Source: Chthonomonas calidirosea
Lineage (GTDB): Bacteria > Armatimonadota > Fimbriimonadia > Fimbriimonadales > Fimbriimonadaceae
Length of the DNA: 18,893 nucleotides
Assembly: GCA_945859975.1 (NCBI GenBank)
Contig: CAMAPH010000047.1
Coordinates: forward strand, 1 to 18,893
Direction of reading: 5' to 3'
Shown: positions 1 to 8,155 of the stretch, one piece after another
Numbering within the stretch: position 1 is the stretch's first letter
How the letters are laid out: each line of letters begins with the position of its first letter
Translations under genes and position numbers: made by a program
The notes under the pieces: model-generated
Databases searched by the model: none
The model's input: only the letters and a program-made list of their open reading frames with translations
Told to the model about the DNA's origin: nothing

Positions 1-30
1 CGGAGATGCGCGGTTTTGCTGCGTGAAAAG

Positions 31-1578
31 ATGGCGAACAATCAGGCTCGTCCCGATGAACCAACTAACGGTCCGGCAGCGTTAGCAGCGGAGCCAGCGG
101 CTTCGATTATCCAAGAAATCTCTAAGATTCCCACTCCGGAAGAGTCGACCCAACCCATGGCAAACGAACAATTTGATGCTGATCTAATCGTTATTGGTTC
201 CGGACCCGGTGGATACCACGCCGCAATTCGGGCCGCGCAACTTGGCGCGAGCGTGATTTGCGTTGAGCGCGAGTACCTCGGCGGAACCTGTCTGAACTGG
301 GGATGCATCCCGAGTAAGGCGATGATCGCGGCGGCGGAGCGACTCCACCACGTCAAGCACGCATCGGACTTCGGCGTTTTGGTCAACGGCGATGTCACGG
401 TCAACTTTGAAAAGTTGATGGCGCACAAGGAGAAGGTAGTTCTCACCGAGCGCGGCGGTATCGGGATGTTGTTCAAGAAGAACAAGATTCGCCACGTTGA
501 AGGGTTTGCCAGCTTCACCGACGCCCACACGATTTCGGTTGACAAGGACGGGGTCAAAACCTCCCTTCGAGCCAAGAACTTCATCATCGCTACCGGCGCG
601 ACCGCGATTCGGCCAAACATTCCGGGCCTTGGCGATGCAGGCCGAGATCAGGGAATCTGGTTCTCGGACGATGCCGTTACGGCACCTTTCATTCCAAAGC
701 GACTCTTGATCCTTGGCGGAGGCGCAATCGGCTGCGAGTTCTCGTACGTTTTCAACACCCTCGGAACCCAGGTGACGGTCGTCGAAATGATGCCAAACCT
801 AATCCCGCTGATGGATACGGACCTTGGCGTGGAGCTCGGCAAGTTGTTGGGCCGACAGGGCGTAAAGATGAAGGTCGGCTCAGCGCTTGAGAAGGTCGAG
901 CGCGTTGGCGATGCTTGGAAGTGCACGGTCAAGAAGGGTGCTGACGTCGAAGAGATCGAAGTCGATGTCGTCCTCCTGGGCGTTGGCCGAAAAGCCGCGA
1001 TCGACGGTCTTAACTTGGAAAGCATCGGCGTCAAGCTTCACCGAAAGGGAATTGAAGTTGCGGATGACTCGATGGTCACAAGCGTTTCTCACATCTACGC
1101 CATTGGCGACGTGACGGGCCGAATTCAGCTGGCTCACACCGCAATGCACGAAGGCACGATTGCCGCCCAGAACATCGTTCGAGGCGAGAGCAAGAAGGCC
1201 AAGTACAAGGCCGTTCCAAACGCGGTTTACACAAATCCTGAGGTTGCCAGCGTTGGACTTACCGAAGGCGAAGCAAAGGAAAAGGGATACGACGTCGTTG
1301 TTGGTCGAAGCAAGTTCATGATCTTCGGAAAGGCGATGGCAATCAAGGAAACCGACGGCTTTGTAAAGGTAGTTGCCGAGAAGAAGTACGGCGAAATCCT
1401 TGGCGTTCACATGATTGGCGCGCACACTACGGACATGATTCAAGAGCTGGTGGTTGCGCTCAATCACGAAGCGACGCTTGAGTCGATGGCCGAGTGCATT
1501 CACGCTCACCCGACGATGAGCGAAGCGATCTTCGAGGCCATCGAAGACGCCCAAGGTCACGCTATTCACAAAATGTAA
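31..1578 (+). CDS. lpdA: Dihydrolipoyl dehydrogenase (E3)
   Basis: FAD-binding GSGPGG, redox-active GGTCLNWGCIPSK, NAD-binding GGGAIGCE and C-terminal HAHPTMSE. Start is uncertain: ATG31 (4 nt after a frame-3 TGA at 24-26 that may end an upstream gene) or ATG157 (MANEQFDAD..., canonical length of 473 aa). Confidence 0.96.
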   Translation: MANNQARPDEPTNGPAALAAEPAASIIQEISKIPTPEESTQPMANEQFDADLIVIGSGPGGYHAAIRAAQLGASVICVEREYLGGTCLNWGCIPSKAMIAAAERLHHVKHASDFGVLVNGDVTVNFEKLMAHKEKVVLTERGGIGMLFKKNKIRHVEGFASFTDAHTISVDKDGVKTSLRAKNFIIATGATAIRPNIPGLGDAGRDQGIWFSDDAVTAPFIPKRLLILGGGAIGCEFSYVFNTLGTQVTVVEMMPNLIPLMDTDLGVELGKLLGRQGVKMKVGSALEKVERVGDAWKCTVKKGADVEEIEVDVVLLGVGRKAAIDGLNLESIGVKLHRKGIEVADDSMVTSVSHIYAIGDVTGRIQLAHTAMHEGTIAAQNIVRGESKKAKYKAVPNAVYTNPEVASVGLTEGEAKEKGYDVVVGRSKFMIFGKAMAIKETDGFVKVVAEKKYGEILGVHMIGAHTTDMIQELVVALNHEATLESMAECIHAHPTMSEAIFEAIEDAQGHAIHKM

Positions 1579-1591
1579 CCAAAACGGTTAC
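1575..1591. promoter_or_regulatory. Perfect dyad GTAACC-N5-GGTTAC, candidate operator upstream of the histidine kinase
   Basis: GTAACC 1575-1580 and GGTTAC 1586-1591, with a TANNNT box (TAATTT 1601-1606) 9 nt downstream. Confidence 0.3.
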
Positions 1592-1619
1592 GAAACCTGG
1601 TAATTTCTACGGCATCGAG

Positions 1620-2672
1620 ATGATTCGCAAGTGGGTTGAGCATCTCGATGCCTTTTTCCGTCCAAAAAGCGCCAATGTCAATTTAGGCTGGGCGTTTCTG
1701 TTTGCCCTTTTGATCGGTGGGGTGGACTATTTCCTTCCGGGAGAGCTGTACGTTCTGTATCTGTTCCCGGTCGCATTCGCGAGCTGGTATGGGGGGGCGA
1801 GTTATGGGTTCGTCGTCGCGATCTATGCCGCAACCGCGATCCTCGTTTCCGATTCGTTCCTGGAACGTCGCTTTGTAGACCCGCTCCCGCCGGTTATCAC
1901 ATTTGTTGTCCGGCTCGTATCGTATGCGTTGATGGCACTACTGGTTGGGCAGTTGAAGGAAGCTCAACGGCTACAGCAACAGCTCACCGAGTTCATCGTT
2001 CACGATATCCGGTCCCCGCTCACATCTTCCATTTCTGGATTGGAGACCTTGCAACAGATCTCGGACGGGATGGACGACATTCAGAAAGAGATGGTCGAGC
2101 TGGCGCTCGTGGGAAGCCAACGGACGCTAGGCCTGGTGAACGGAATTCTTGATGTTTCCAAGCTTCAGAACGGCAAGATGGAACCCGACTGGCAGCGCGT
2201 GCAGGTGGAAGATGTGGTAGCCGGGGCGGTAGACGACGTTGCCCTTTGGGCACAAACGAACGACGTGGCCATCCAAGTTGACGTCAGGTCCGCGGAGTGG
2301 GTGCTAGACCCGACCCTCATTCGCCGCGTCATGGTCAACTTGCTGAGCAACGCGCTGAAGTTTTCTCCGCCGCAATCGCAGATTACGGTAGCAGCTGAGA
2401 GCCAAAACAACGTGCTTCGCATCAGCATTGCGGACCAGGGACCCGGTATTCCACCGGAGTTTCGGCAGTCCATCTTCGAGCCGTTCAGTCAGGTGAAGGG
2501 GACGAAGGGCGGCACCGGACTTGGCCTAACGTTCTGCCGACTCGCCGTGAATTCTCACGGTGGACACATTTGGCTGGAAAGCACCGTAGGCAAAGGCACC
2601 ACGATGATCTTTACGTTGCCTCAGCAGGAACTGCCATCGGTGCCGGAAAGTAAACTGGAACCCAAAGCATGA
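1620..2672 (+). CDS. Membrane sensor histidine kinase (N-terminal multi-TM DUF4118-like region + HisKA + HATPase_c)
   Basis: H-box FIVHDIRSPL, N-box NLLSNALKF, G1 DQGPGIP, F-box IFEPF, G2 GTGLGL, and about 4 hydrophobic N-terminal segments. Start ATG1620 chosen because the longer ORF overlaps lpdA. Confidence 0.93.
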   Translation: MIRKWVEHLDAFFRPKSANVNLGWAFLFALLIGGVDYFLPGELYVLYLFPVAFASWYGGASYGFVVAIYAATAILVSDSFLERRFVDPLPPVITFVVRLVSYALMALLVGQLKEAQRLQQQLTEFIVHDIRSPLTSSISGLETLQQISDGMDDIQKEMVELALVGSQRTLGLVNGILDVSKLQNGKMEPDWQRVQVEDVVAGAVDDVALWAQTNDVAIQVDVRSAEWVLDPTLIRRVMVNLLSNALKFSPPQSQITVAAESQNNVLRISIADQGPGIPPEFRQSIFEPFSQVKGTKGGTGLGLTFCRLAVNSHGGHIWLESTVGKGTTMIFTLPQQELPSVPESKLEPKA

Positions 2673-3010
2673 GCATTTTAGAGACTTTTCCGAACCCGGC
2701 GGTTGGCCGCGATTACACGATCAAGCACGTCTGCCCCGAGTTCACGAGCGTTTGCCCGAAGACCGGGCAGCCCGATTTTGCGACGATTGAGCTGGAATAC
2801 ATCCCGAACGAGCTCTGCGTTGAGTTGAAGTCACTGAAGCTGTACTACTACTCTTTCCGAAACGAGGGGATCTATTACGAAGCGGTGACTAACCGGTTGC
2901 TGAACGAGATTTCCGAGGCTTGTTCCCCACGCTGGATGCGCATCACCGGGCACTTCAACGTTCGTGGTGGCATCAGCAGCGTGATCACGGTCGAGACCGG
3001 CTCTCGCTGA
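2669..3010 (+). CDS. queF: NADPH-dependent 7-cyano-7-deazaguanine (preQ0) reductase QueF, short unimodular type
   Basis: EFTSVCPKTGQPDFA with the catalytic Cys/Asp, QueF motif ELKSLKLY, C-terminal FNVRGGI. ATGA overlap with the kinase stop. Confidence 0.95.
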   Translation: MSILETFPNPAVGRDYTIKHVCPEFTSVCPKTGQPDFATIELEYIPNELCVELKSLKLYYYSFRNEGIYYEAVTNRLLNEISEACSPRWMRITGHFNVRGGISSVITVETGSR

Positions 3011-3044
3011 GCGAGCCACATCTCTGGTAGCTGTTTGAGAGGTT

Positions 3045-3074
3045 GAAAATTTCTGTCCGATCACGGGAATTTTC
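3045..3074 (+). terminator. Hairpin downstream of queF (possible terminator or regulatory stem)
   Basis: GAAAATTTCTGT(3045-3056)-CCGATC-ACGGGAATTTTC(3063-3074): 12-bp stem with two G-U pairs, followed by TTGTACTATT. AT-rich stem, so atypical for a terminator. Confidence 0.35.
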
Positions 3075-3167
3075 TTGTACTATTACGGCAACGGGTCATA
3101 TTAATGCGATTGCTTTAGGGAAACCTTACGATTGGCTTGGATCAGAACCACCCCGAGCCGAGGTCAG

Positions 3168-3770
3168 ATGGTAGCGTTCAGTAAATTCCTTAAAGTTGCG
3201 TGTGGAATCGCCGTTTTGATTGCTGGTTTCGGGGTCGGCCGGGCGATGGCCGGCCCTACCGGATCAGCTGCAGCAGTCAAATCAAAAGCGCTAGGCGAGG
3301 TTCGGGAACCTCGACCCGAGCATGTCGAAGCTGGAGTGACTCACCTTCGCTCAATCTACGCGCGGTTAGAGGCAGAGGATTTTTCTGAAGCAGCGATCCG
3401 TGCTCTGTCCAAGAGTGACCGGCGAATGCCGTTTTCCGATCTCGCGGAGAATGTCACGTTCCACAAGTCAACGAACCTCGGGTTCCCGAAGTATGCGGAG
3501 ACGCCGGAGGTGCTTGCGGTGACGGAGGTGTATCACTACTACAATCGCACGCCGAAGGCTCCAGGAATGAATCGGTTTCAGCCTCGTGGCTACCATCTCG
3601 TCCTCTTCCGCGACGGAGAAATCGGAAAGTTCACCGAGTGCGAGTTGCGATTCCCTGCGGAACCCGATAAAGACGGGGTCTATCACGTTCTCTATCCGAA
3701 CTCGAAAGGTTACGACAAAGGTGTGCCAACGCCGGAATGCGAGTACTCCGAGGAGCCGAAACCGGAATAA
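3168..3770 (+). CDS. Hypothetical exported or membrane-anchored protein
   Basis: 200-aa ORF filling the gap, with an N-terminal K-rich then hydrophobic segment (SKFLKVACGIAVLIAGFGVG...AMA). Alternative start TTG3132. Confidence 0.7.
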   Translation: MVAFSKFLKVACGIAVLIAGFGVGRAMAGPTGSAAAVKSKALGEVREPRPEHVEAGVTHLRSIYARLEAEDFSEAAIRALSKSDRRMPFSDLAENVTFHKSTNLGFPKYAETPEVLAVTEVYHYYNRTPKAPGMNRFQPRGYHLVLFRDGEIGKFTECELRFPAEPDKDGVYHVLYPNSKGYDKGVPTPECEYSEEPKPE

Positions 3771-3785
3771 CCCGTTTAGGTAGCT

Positions 3786-3820
3786 GAAAGCACCGCGATC
3801 TTCTAGTCCGCGGTGCTTTC
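3786..3820. terminator. Hairpin between convergent genes, probable bidirectional terminator
   Basis: Perfect 12-bp stem GAAAGCACCGCG(3786-3797)/CGCGGTGCTTTC(3809-3820). The loop contains the minus-strand stop codon (3803-3805). Confidence 0.6.
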
Positions 3821-4987
3821 GACCGATCTCAAGACAATCGCATTCATTTCTTCCTGCTGAGCGAGCATCGACTTAAGCAAGGTGGCCTGCACAGCCGCGC
3901 GGTGTAGGTTGAAATCTGCGCGCTGGTCTTGGAGAACGTAATAGGTGTCCCCGCGCAGGTAATCGGTGAAAAACCGGAGGCACTGCTCCCATGCAAGGCT
4001 GAGCGGCGCGAGGCTGAGCGCTTGGATCTCCGCGTCGGAGAGTTCGTCGGCTAGGGACAGGAAACCTTGGACGGCAGATTCAAATGTCGGCAGATGAAAC
4101 GCGACGTTCTCCGGGTTCTCGGCGTGTTCGCCCGCGAGATTTGCAACGGATCGCATGCTGTCGCCAAAGTCCACGAGCCAGGTGTGCGGCATCACCGTAT
4201 CGAGATCGATGAGGGCGCAGATTTCGGCGGAAGAAGCATCGAACAGGAAGTTGTCCAGCTTGGTGTCACCGTGGATGACCGTTTTTTCGAGCTCGCCGGA
4301 AGCCAGTCCAGCGCTGAGGTAGCGACCTTCGGTTAGGTGCGCCTGAAGAACGCGAGCGATCTGCTGTGCTACGGGGTTGTCTCGGCGCGCTCCGAATTCA
4401 GGCTCGCTGAGGCGGCGCTCGAAATGACGTCCCGTGGATTGCAAAAGCTCCGGGCTTTCGGGAAGGTAAGCCGTTGGCTCGCCGGACCAAATCGCTTGGT
4501 GCTGTCGCCAGTACTGTTCGGCATCTCGATAGCCAGGCAGGCTTGGTTCGATTTCTTCGGCAACGAGCATTGAGCCAATGGCGCGGGAAATGGCAAGGCC
4601 GCGGCCGAGTTCGAAGCTGGCATTTGTTGGAGCACCATCGAGTTTTCGGTAGCCACGTACGTTTGGCAGGAGCCGGCAAGCCCGCCACCAGCCGTGCTCC
4701 GACTCGAGCCACGGCGTTTCGTCGGCGGTTTCGGCAAGCTCAAGCTCGCGCCAACCGAGATCGGGGTTAACGAGAGCAAACGCGTTGGAGGCATCCAGCC
4801 ATTGAACGTAGCCGGTCATCACCCGGTCGGGAAAACGGAAGACTTCGGAGTTGATTCGTTGGAGCAGCCAATCGCCATCTGCCACCACCCGAAAGGCGTC
4901 GGAGTTGATATTTCCCTTTTCCTCGAAGGGCTCAACGCGGACGATTTCTCCAAGATCAAACTGAGCGGCGATTTCGTTAACCATCAT
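3803..4987 (-). CDS. Aminoglycoside-phosphotransferase/choline-kinase-fold enzyme, N-acetylhexosamine 1-kinase (NahK)-like subfamily
   Basis: GNIN glycine loop, LLQRIN, Brenner motif HGDTKLDN, IDLDTVMP, DFGDSMRS, RFFTDYLRGDTYY and NLHRA, all typical of NahK-like APH-family proteins. Substrate not determinable from sequence. Confidence 0.85.
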   Translation of the reverse strand: MMVNEIAAQFDLGEIVRVEPFEEKGNINSDAFRVVADGDWLLQRINSEVFRFPDRVMTGYVQWLDASNAFALVNPDLGWRELELAETADETPWLESEHGWWRACRLLPNVRGYRKLDGAPTNASFELGRGLAISRAIGSMLVAEEIEPSLPGYRDAEQYWRQHQAIWSGEPTAYLPESPELLQSTGRHFERRLSEPEFGARRDNPVAQQIARVLQAHLTEGRYLSAGLASGELEKTVIHGDTKLDNFLFDASSAEICALIDLDTVMPHTWLVDFGDSMRSVANLAGEHAENPENVAFHLPTFESAVQGFLSLADELSDAEIQALSLAPLSLAWEQCLRFFTDYLRGDTYYVLQDQRADFNLHRAAVQATLLKSMLAQQEEMNAIVLRSVESTAD

Positions 4988-5174
4988 TGGCTTGCACTCT
5001 GGCAGGACCGCGAGCGGAGCGGTCGAGAGCGGAAGACCAAGCTACCCAAACCGGTTGCCAAAACTAAGGGTAACTGCCCTAGCAAAACTGCGGAGTTTTT
5101 CGCATAAAACGTTTAGATCGGCGCGCTTAACCTTACGTTAGTCTGGGTTTCACTATACTTTCATCACAAGAACC

Positions 5175-5612
5175 ATGTCGATTGTCGTTCAGGATTCAAC
5201 TTCACTGCAGCCCATAGAAGAAATTATTCAGGGGGAAGTGACCAAAGCAAGAGAAGCTTACAAGCCGATCTCGCGGCGCATGATCGCGCTCGCTTTGGCC
5301 GAAAAGCGGCGAATCCAGATGAAGGAAGCGATGGATTTGGTGGACGAGTATTGCGACGAGCACGAGCCAGCCATCCCGGGCTACATCTCATCGGAGTTCG
5401 GCATCTATTACCTAAAGGTCGTAGCGATCGCAAACGTCGGCATCGGCATTTTCCTTTGCTATCTCGGAGTGCAGGCGTTCAAAAATCCTCGTGCCCCTGG
5501 CCTTCCGTCTTACGCCTGGTTCGTGCTTGGGACGCTGTTCGTTGGCTTTGCCGCCTTGTGTTGGGTCAAGTCGGTTGAGCGCGCTTTAGGCGGGCCAAAA
5601 GACACCGCCTAA
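5175..5612 (+). CDS. Hypothetical membrane protein (helical N-terminal domain + 2 C-terminal TM helices)
   Basis: 145-aa ORF with two hydrophobic segments. TATACT at 5154-5159 upstream. Stop lies 1 nt from the stop of the convergent gene. Confidence 0.75.
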   Translation: MSIVVQDSTSLQPIEEIIQGEVTKAREAYKPISRRMIALALAEKRRIQMKEAMDLVDEYCDEHEPAIPGYISSEFGIYYLKVVAIANVGIGIFLCYLGVQAFKNPRAPGLPSYAWFVLGTLFVGFAALCWVKSVERALGGPKDTA

Positions 5613-5613
5613 T

Positions 5614-6120
5614 TCAGCAAGGTTCAGACTTCTTTTGGGTCACGAAGGCCGCTTGCTCGTCTGGCGAGAGGATCACCACATTGACCTTCGCCTTTTCGAT
5701 GAAGGCTTCGAACGGGAGTGGGTCTACTTGGCCGGACTTCACGAACTCGTCGTACATCGCTTCGAGAACGGCGACTTCGCTCGGGGCACCCTCGAACGCA
5801 TCGACCCATAGGCCGGGTCGATCTTCCGAGGTTCGATAGGCAACCGCAGCTACATGCGCGGGGAATGGCGGTGCAAGTTCGTCTTCTATGCTGCCATCCA
5901 CAGCCCAAGCTCCGTTCCACATGGCGAGGCCCTGCCGTTCCAGTTGCGTTCTTGCTTGCTCGACCGATTCTCGGGTCACGGAGACCACCACGGTAGCGCT
6001 ATCTGCCGAAGCGGCGGTGACCAAGCTGCCTCCAGGATGAGCCGAAATGTAGGCGTCGCCGATGCCCAGAACGCGTTTCACGGTCGGCGCAAATTCGATA
6101 AATGGAACCTGAAGCGTCAC
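5614..6120 (-). CDS. Hypothetical protein
   Basis: 168-aa ORF with globular, acidic composition. GTG start preceded by TAGAAT-N6. No family recognised. Confidence 0.75.
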   Translation of the reverse strand: MTLQVPFIEFAPTVKRVLGIGDAYISAHPGGSLVTAASADSATVVVSVTRESVEQARTQLERQGLAMWNGAWAVDGSIEDELAPPFPAHVAAVAYRTSEDRPGLWVDAFEGAPSEVAVLEAMYDEFVKSGQVDPLPFEAFIEKAKVNVVILSPDEQAAFVTQKKSEPC

Positions 6121-6126
6121 GTGCCT

Positions 6127-6132
6127 ATTCTA
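6127..6132 (-). promoter_or_regulatory. -10 box TAGAAT 6 nt before a GTG start (leaderless-type promoter)
   Basis: Minus strand reads gcgcga-TAGAAT-aggcac-GTG(6120), with no SD. Confidence 0.55.
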
Positions 6133-6190
6133 TCGCGCTAAAATCCGTTGGCCCTCATGATTGTTCTGAGTTCGGCTAGGAAAGACTAGG

Positions 6191-8155
6191 ATGTCGCAAC
6201 CGATCGAAAACCTCCTTCACGAAAACCGGAATTTTCCGCCCGCGGCCGACTTTGTCGCGCAAGCAAACGCTTCTGATCCGGCCATTTATGCAGAGGCAGA
6301 CGCTGACTATGAAGCGTGGTGGGCCAAGTGGGCGAGGGAACTGCACTGGTTTGAGCCATTTGGAACGGTTTGCGAATTCGAAGCCCCGAACGCCAAGTGG
6401 TTCTTGGGCGGGAAGCTAAACGCTGCGTATAACTGCATCGATCGCCACGCTGAAGCGAATCCCGACAAGGTCGCAATCATTTGGGAAGGCGAGCCAGGCG
6501 ACGTCCGGCATGTCACCTACGGCGAACTGAAGGATGAAGTCAGCCGGTTGGGCAACGCGCTGAAGCAGCTTGGGGTTCAAAAGGGAGATCGCGTCTGCAT
6601 CTATCTTCCGATGGTTCCAGAACTGCCTATGGCCATGCTGGCCTGCGCTCGAATCGGCGCGGCGCATACGGTTGTCTTTGGCGGATTTAGCGCGGAGTCT
6701 TTGCAAGAGCGAACGAACGACGCCGAAGCTAAAGTGATCATCTCGGCCAACGGCGGCTGGCGTCGCGGAAAGGTCGTCCCGTTGCTGCAAATTACGGAAG
6801 AGGCAGTTTCGAAGGGCTGCCCAACGGTCCAGAGCGTTGTGGTTCTGAATCGAGCCGGTGATCACCCGATCCCGAACGGTTCGTTCTATCACGCCTGGAG
6901 CGAACTCGTCGCGTCGCAGTCCACGGATTGCCCATGCGAACCGATGGACAGCGAAGACATGCTGTTCATCCTCTATACGAGCGGCTCAACGGGCAAGCCA
7001 AAAGGGATTGTTCACACCACCGGCGGGTACTTGACGCAGACTTACGCGACCACCAAACTCACGTTTGACCTGAAGCCGGACGACATTTTCTTCTGCACCG
7101 CCGACTGCGGCTGGGTAACCGGGCACAGCTACATCACCTACGGACCGCTCGCGAATGGCGGAACGGTGTTGATGTACGAAGGCGCTCCAGATACGCCGAA
7201 CAAGGACCGATTCTGGCGGCTCATCGAGCGCCATAAGGCAACGATTCTTTACACGGCACCAACGGCGATTCGAACCTTTATGAAGTGGGGTGAGCATTTC
7301 CCGGCGGATTGCGATTTGAGTTCGCTTCGACTCTTGGGAAGCGTTGGCGAGCCGATCAATCCGGAGGCTTGGGTTTGGTACCACGAGCACATCGGTCACG
7401 GCAAGTGCCCGATTGTCGACACCTGGTGGCAAACCGAAACCGGCGCGCACATGGTGACGCCGCTTCCAGGAATCACCGCTAACAAGCCGGGCTCGGCCAC
7501 TCATCCTTTCCCCGGAATCGCGATTTCAATTTTGGACGAGCAAGGGGAAGGTCCAGTCGTCACCGGACCAGGAAGCGAAACCACGGCCTCAGGCTTCTTG
7601 GTGATCGATCGACCTTGGCCGAGCATGACGCGCGGTATCTACAAAGATCCCGAGCGATTCCAGGCCACCTACTGGAGCAAATTCCCGGGCAAGTACTTCG
7701 CGGGAGACGGCGTTGCAGTCGACGACGATGGCTTCCTGTGGCTTCTGGGGCGCGTGGACGACATTATGCTGGTCGCCGGCCATAACATCAGCACGATGGA
7801 GGTTGAGAGCGCGCTGGTGGACCACCACGCGGTTGCAGAAGCCGCCGTTATCGGCCGCACTCACGATTTGAAGGGGCAGGCGATTGCGGCGTTCGTCATT
7901 CTGAAATCAGAAGTCACGGAAACGCCAGCGTTGGTTGAAGAAATTCGACGTCACGTCGCCGAGAAGATCGGCCCGATCGCGCGGCCGGATGACATGTATC
8001 TTTGCGGCGAGTTGCCGAAGACCCGGAGCGGAAAGATCATGCGTCGCTTGCTGCGAGATATAGCCGAAGGCAGAGCGCTCGGAGATACGACGACGCTGGC
8101 TGATCCGTCGGTTGTGGCTACTTTGAAGCTGCAGTACGAGGAAAAAGAAGGTTGA
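6191..8155 (+). CDS. acs: Acetate--CoA ligase (AMP-forming acetyl-CoA synthetase)
   Basis: YTSGSTGKPKG, DCGWVTGHSY, VDTWWQTETG, GRVDD and LPKTRSGKIMRR (acetylatable Lys). SD-like AGGAAAG upstream. Confidence 0.97.
   Translation: MSQPIENLLHENRNFPPAADFVAQANASDPAIYAEADADYEAWWAKWARELHWFEPFGTVCEFEAPNAKWFLGGKLNAAYNCIDRHAEANPDKVAIIWEGEPGDVRHVTYGELKDEVSRLGNALKQLGVQKGDRVCIYLPMVPELPMAMLACARIGAAHTVVFGGFSAESLQERTNDAEAKVIISANGGWRRGKVVPLLQITEEAVSKGCPTVQSVVVLNRAGDHPIPNGSFYHAWSELVASQSTDCPCEPMDSEDMLFILYTSGSTGKPKGIVHTTGGYLTQTYATTKLTFDLKPDDIFFCTADCGWVTGHSYITYGPLANGGTVLMYEGAPDTPNKDRFWRLIERHKATILYTAPTAIRTFMKWGEHFPADCDLSSLRLLGSVGEPINPEAWVWYHEHIGHGKCPIVDTWWQTETGAHMVTPLPGITANKPGSATHPFPGIAISILDEQGEGPVVTGPGSETTASGFLVIDRPWPSMTRGIYKDPERFQATYWSKFPGKYFAGDGVAVDDDGFLWLLGRVDDIMLVAGHNISTMEVESALVDHHAVAEAAVIGRTHDLKGQAIAAFVILKSEVTETPALVEEIRRHVAEKIGPIARPDDMYLCGELPKTRSGKIMRRLLRDIAEGRALGDTTTLADPSVVATLKLQYEEKEG

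Noticed and set aside
42..1569. Long antisense ORFs (42-620, 880-1569; similarly 6416-7504, 12630-13199, 18145-18738)
   Set aside because: Shadow frames of well-supported genes in GC-rich DNA, with no motifs or initiation signals.
1494..1619. N-terminal extension of the kinase ORF in the track
   Set aside because: It overlaps the lpdA C-terminus in another frame, and its Arg-rich translation looks non-coding. ATG1620 fits better.
2560..2668. Possible preQ1 riboswitch upstream of queF
   Set aside because: The region is kinase coding sequence, and I see no preQ1-type stem with an A-rich tail.
3803..4987. Aminoglycoside resistance gene
   Set aside because: Same fold only. The motifs (DLDTVMP, RFFTDYL) point to the sugar-kinase-like subfamily, and there is no mobile context.
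4694..5107. 137-aa plus-strand ORF
   Set aside because: Mostly antisense to the phosphotransferase, with no recognisable features.
5041..5110. c-di-GMP-I riboswitch-like GCAAA elements
   Set aside because: No GNRA-capped P2 stem or tetraloop-receptor arrangement on either strand.
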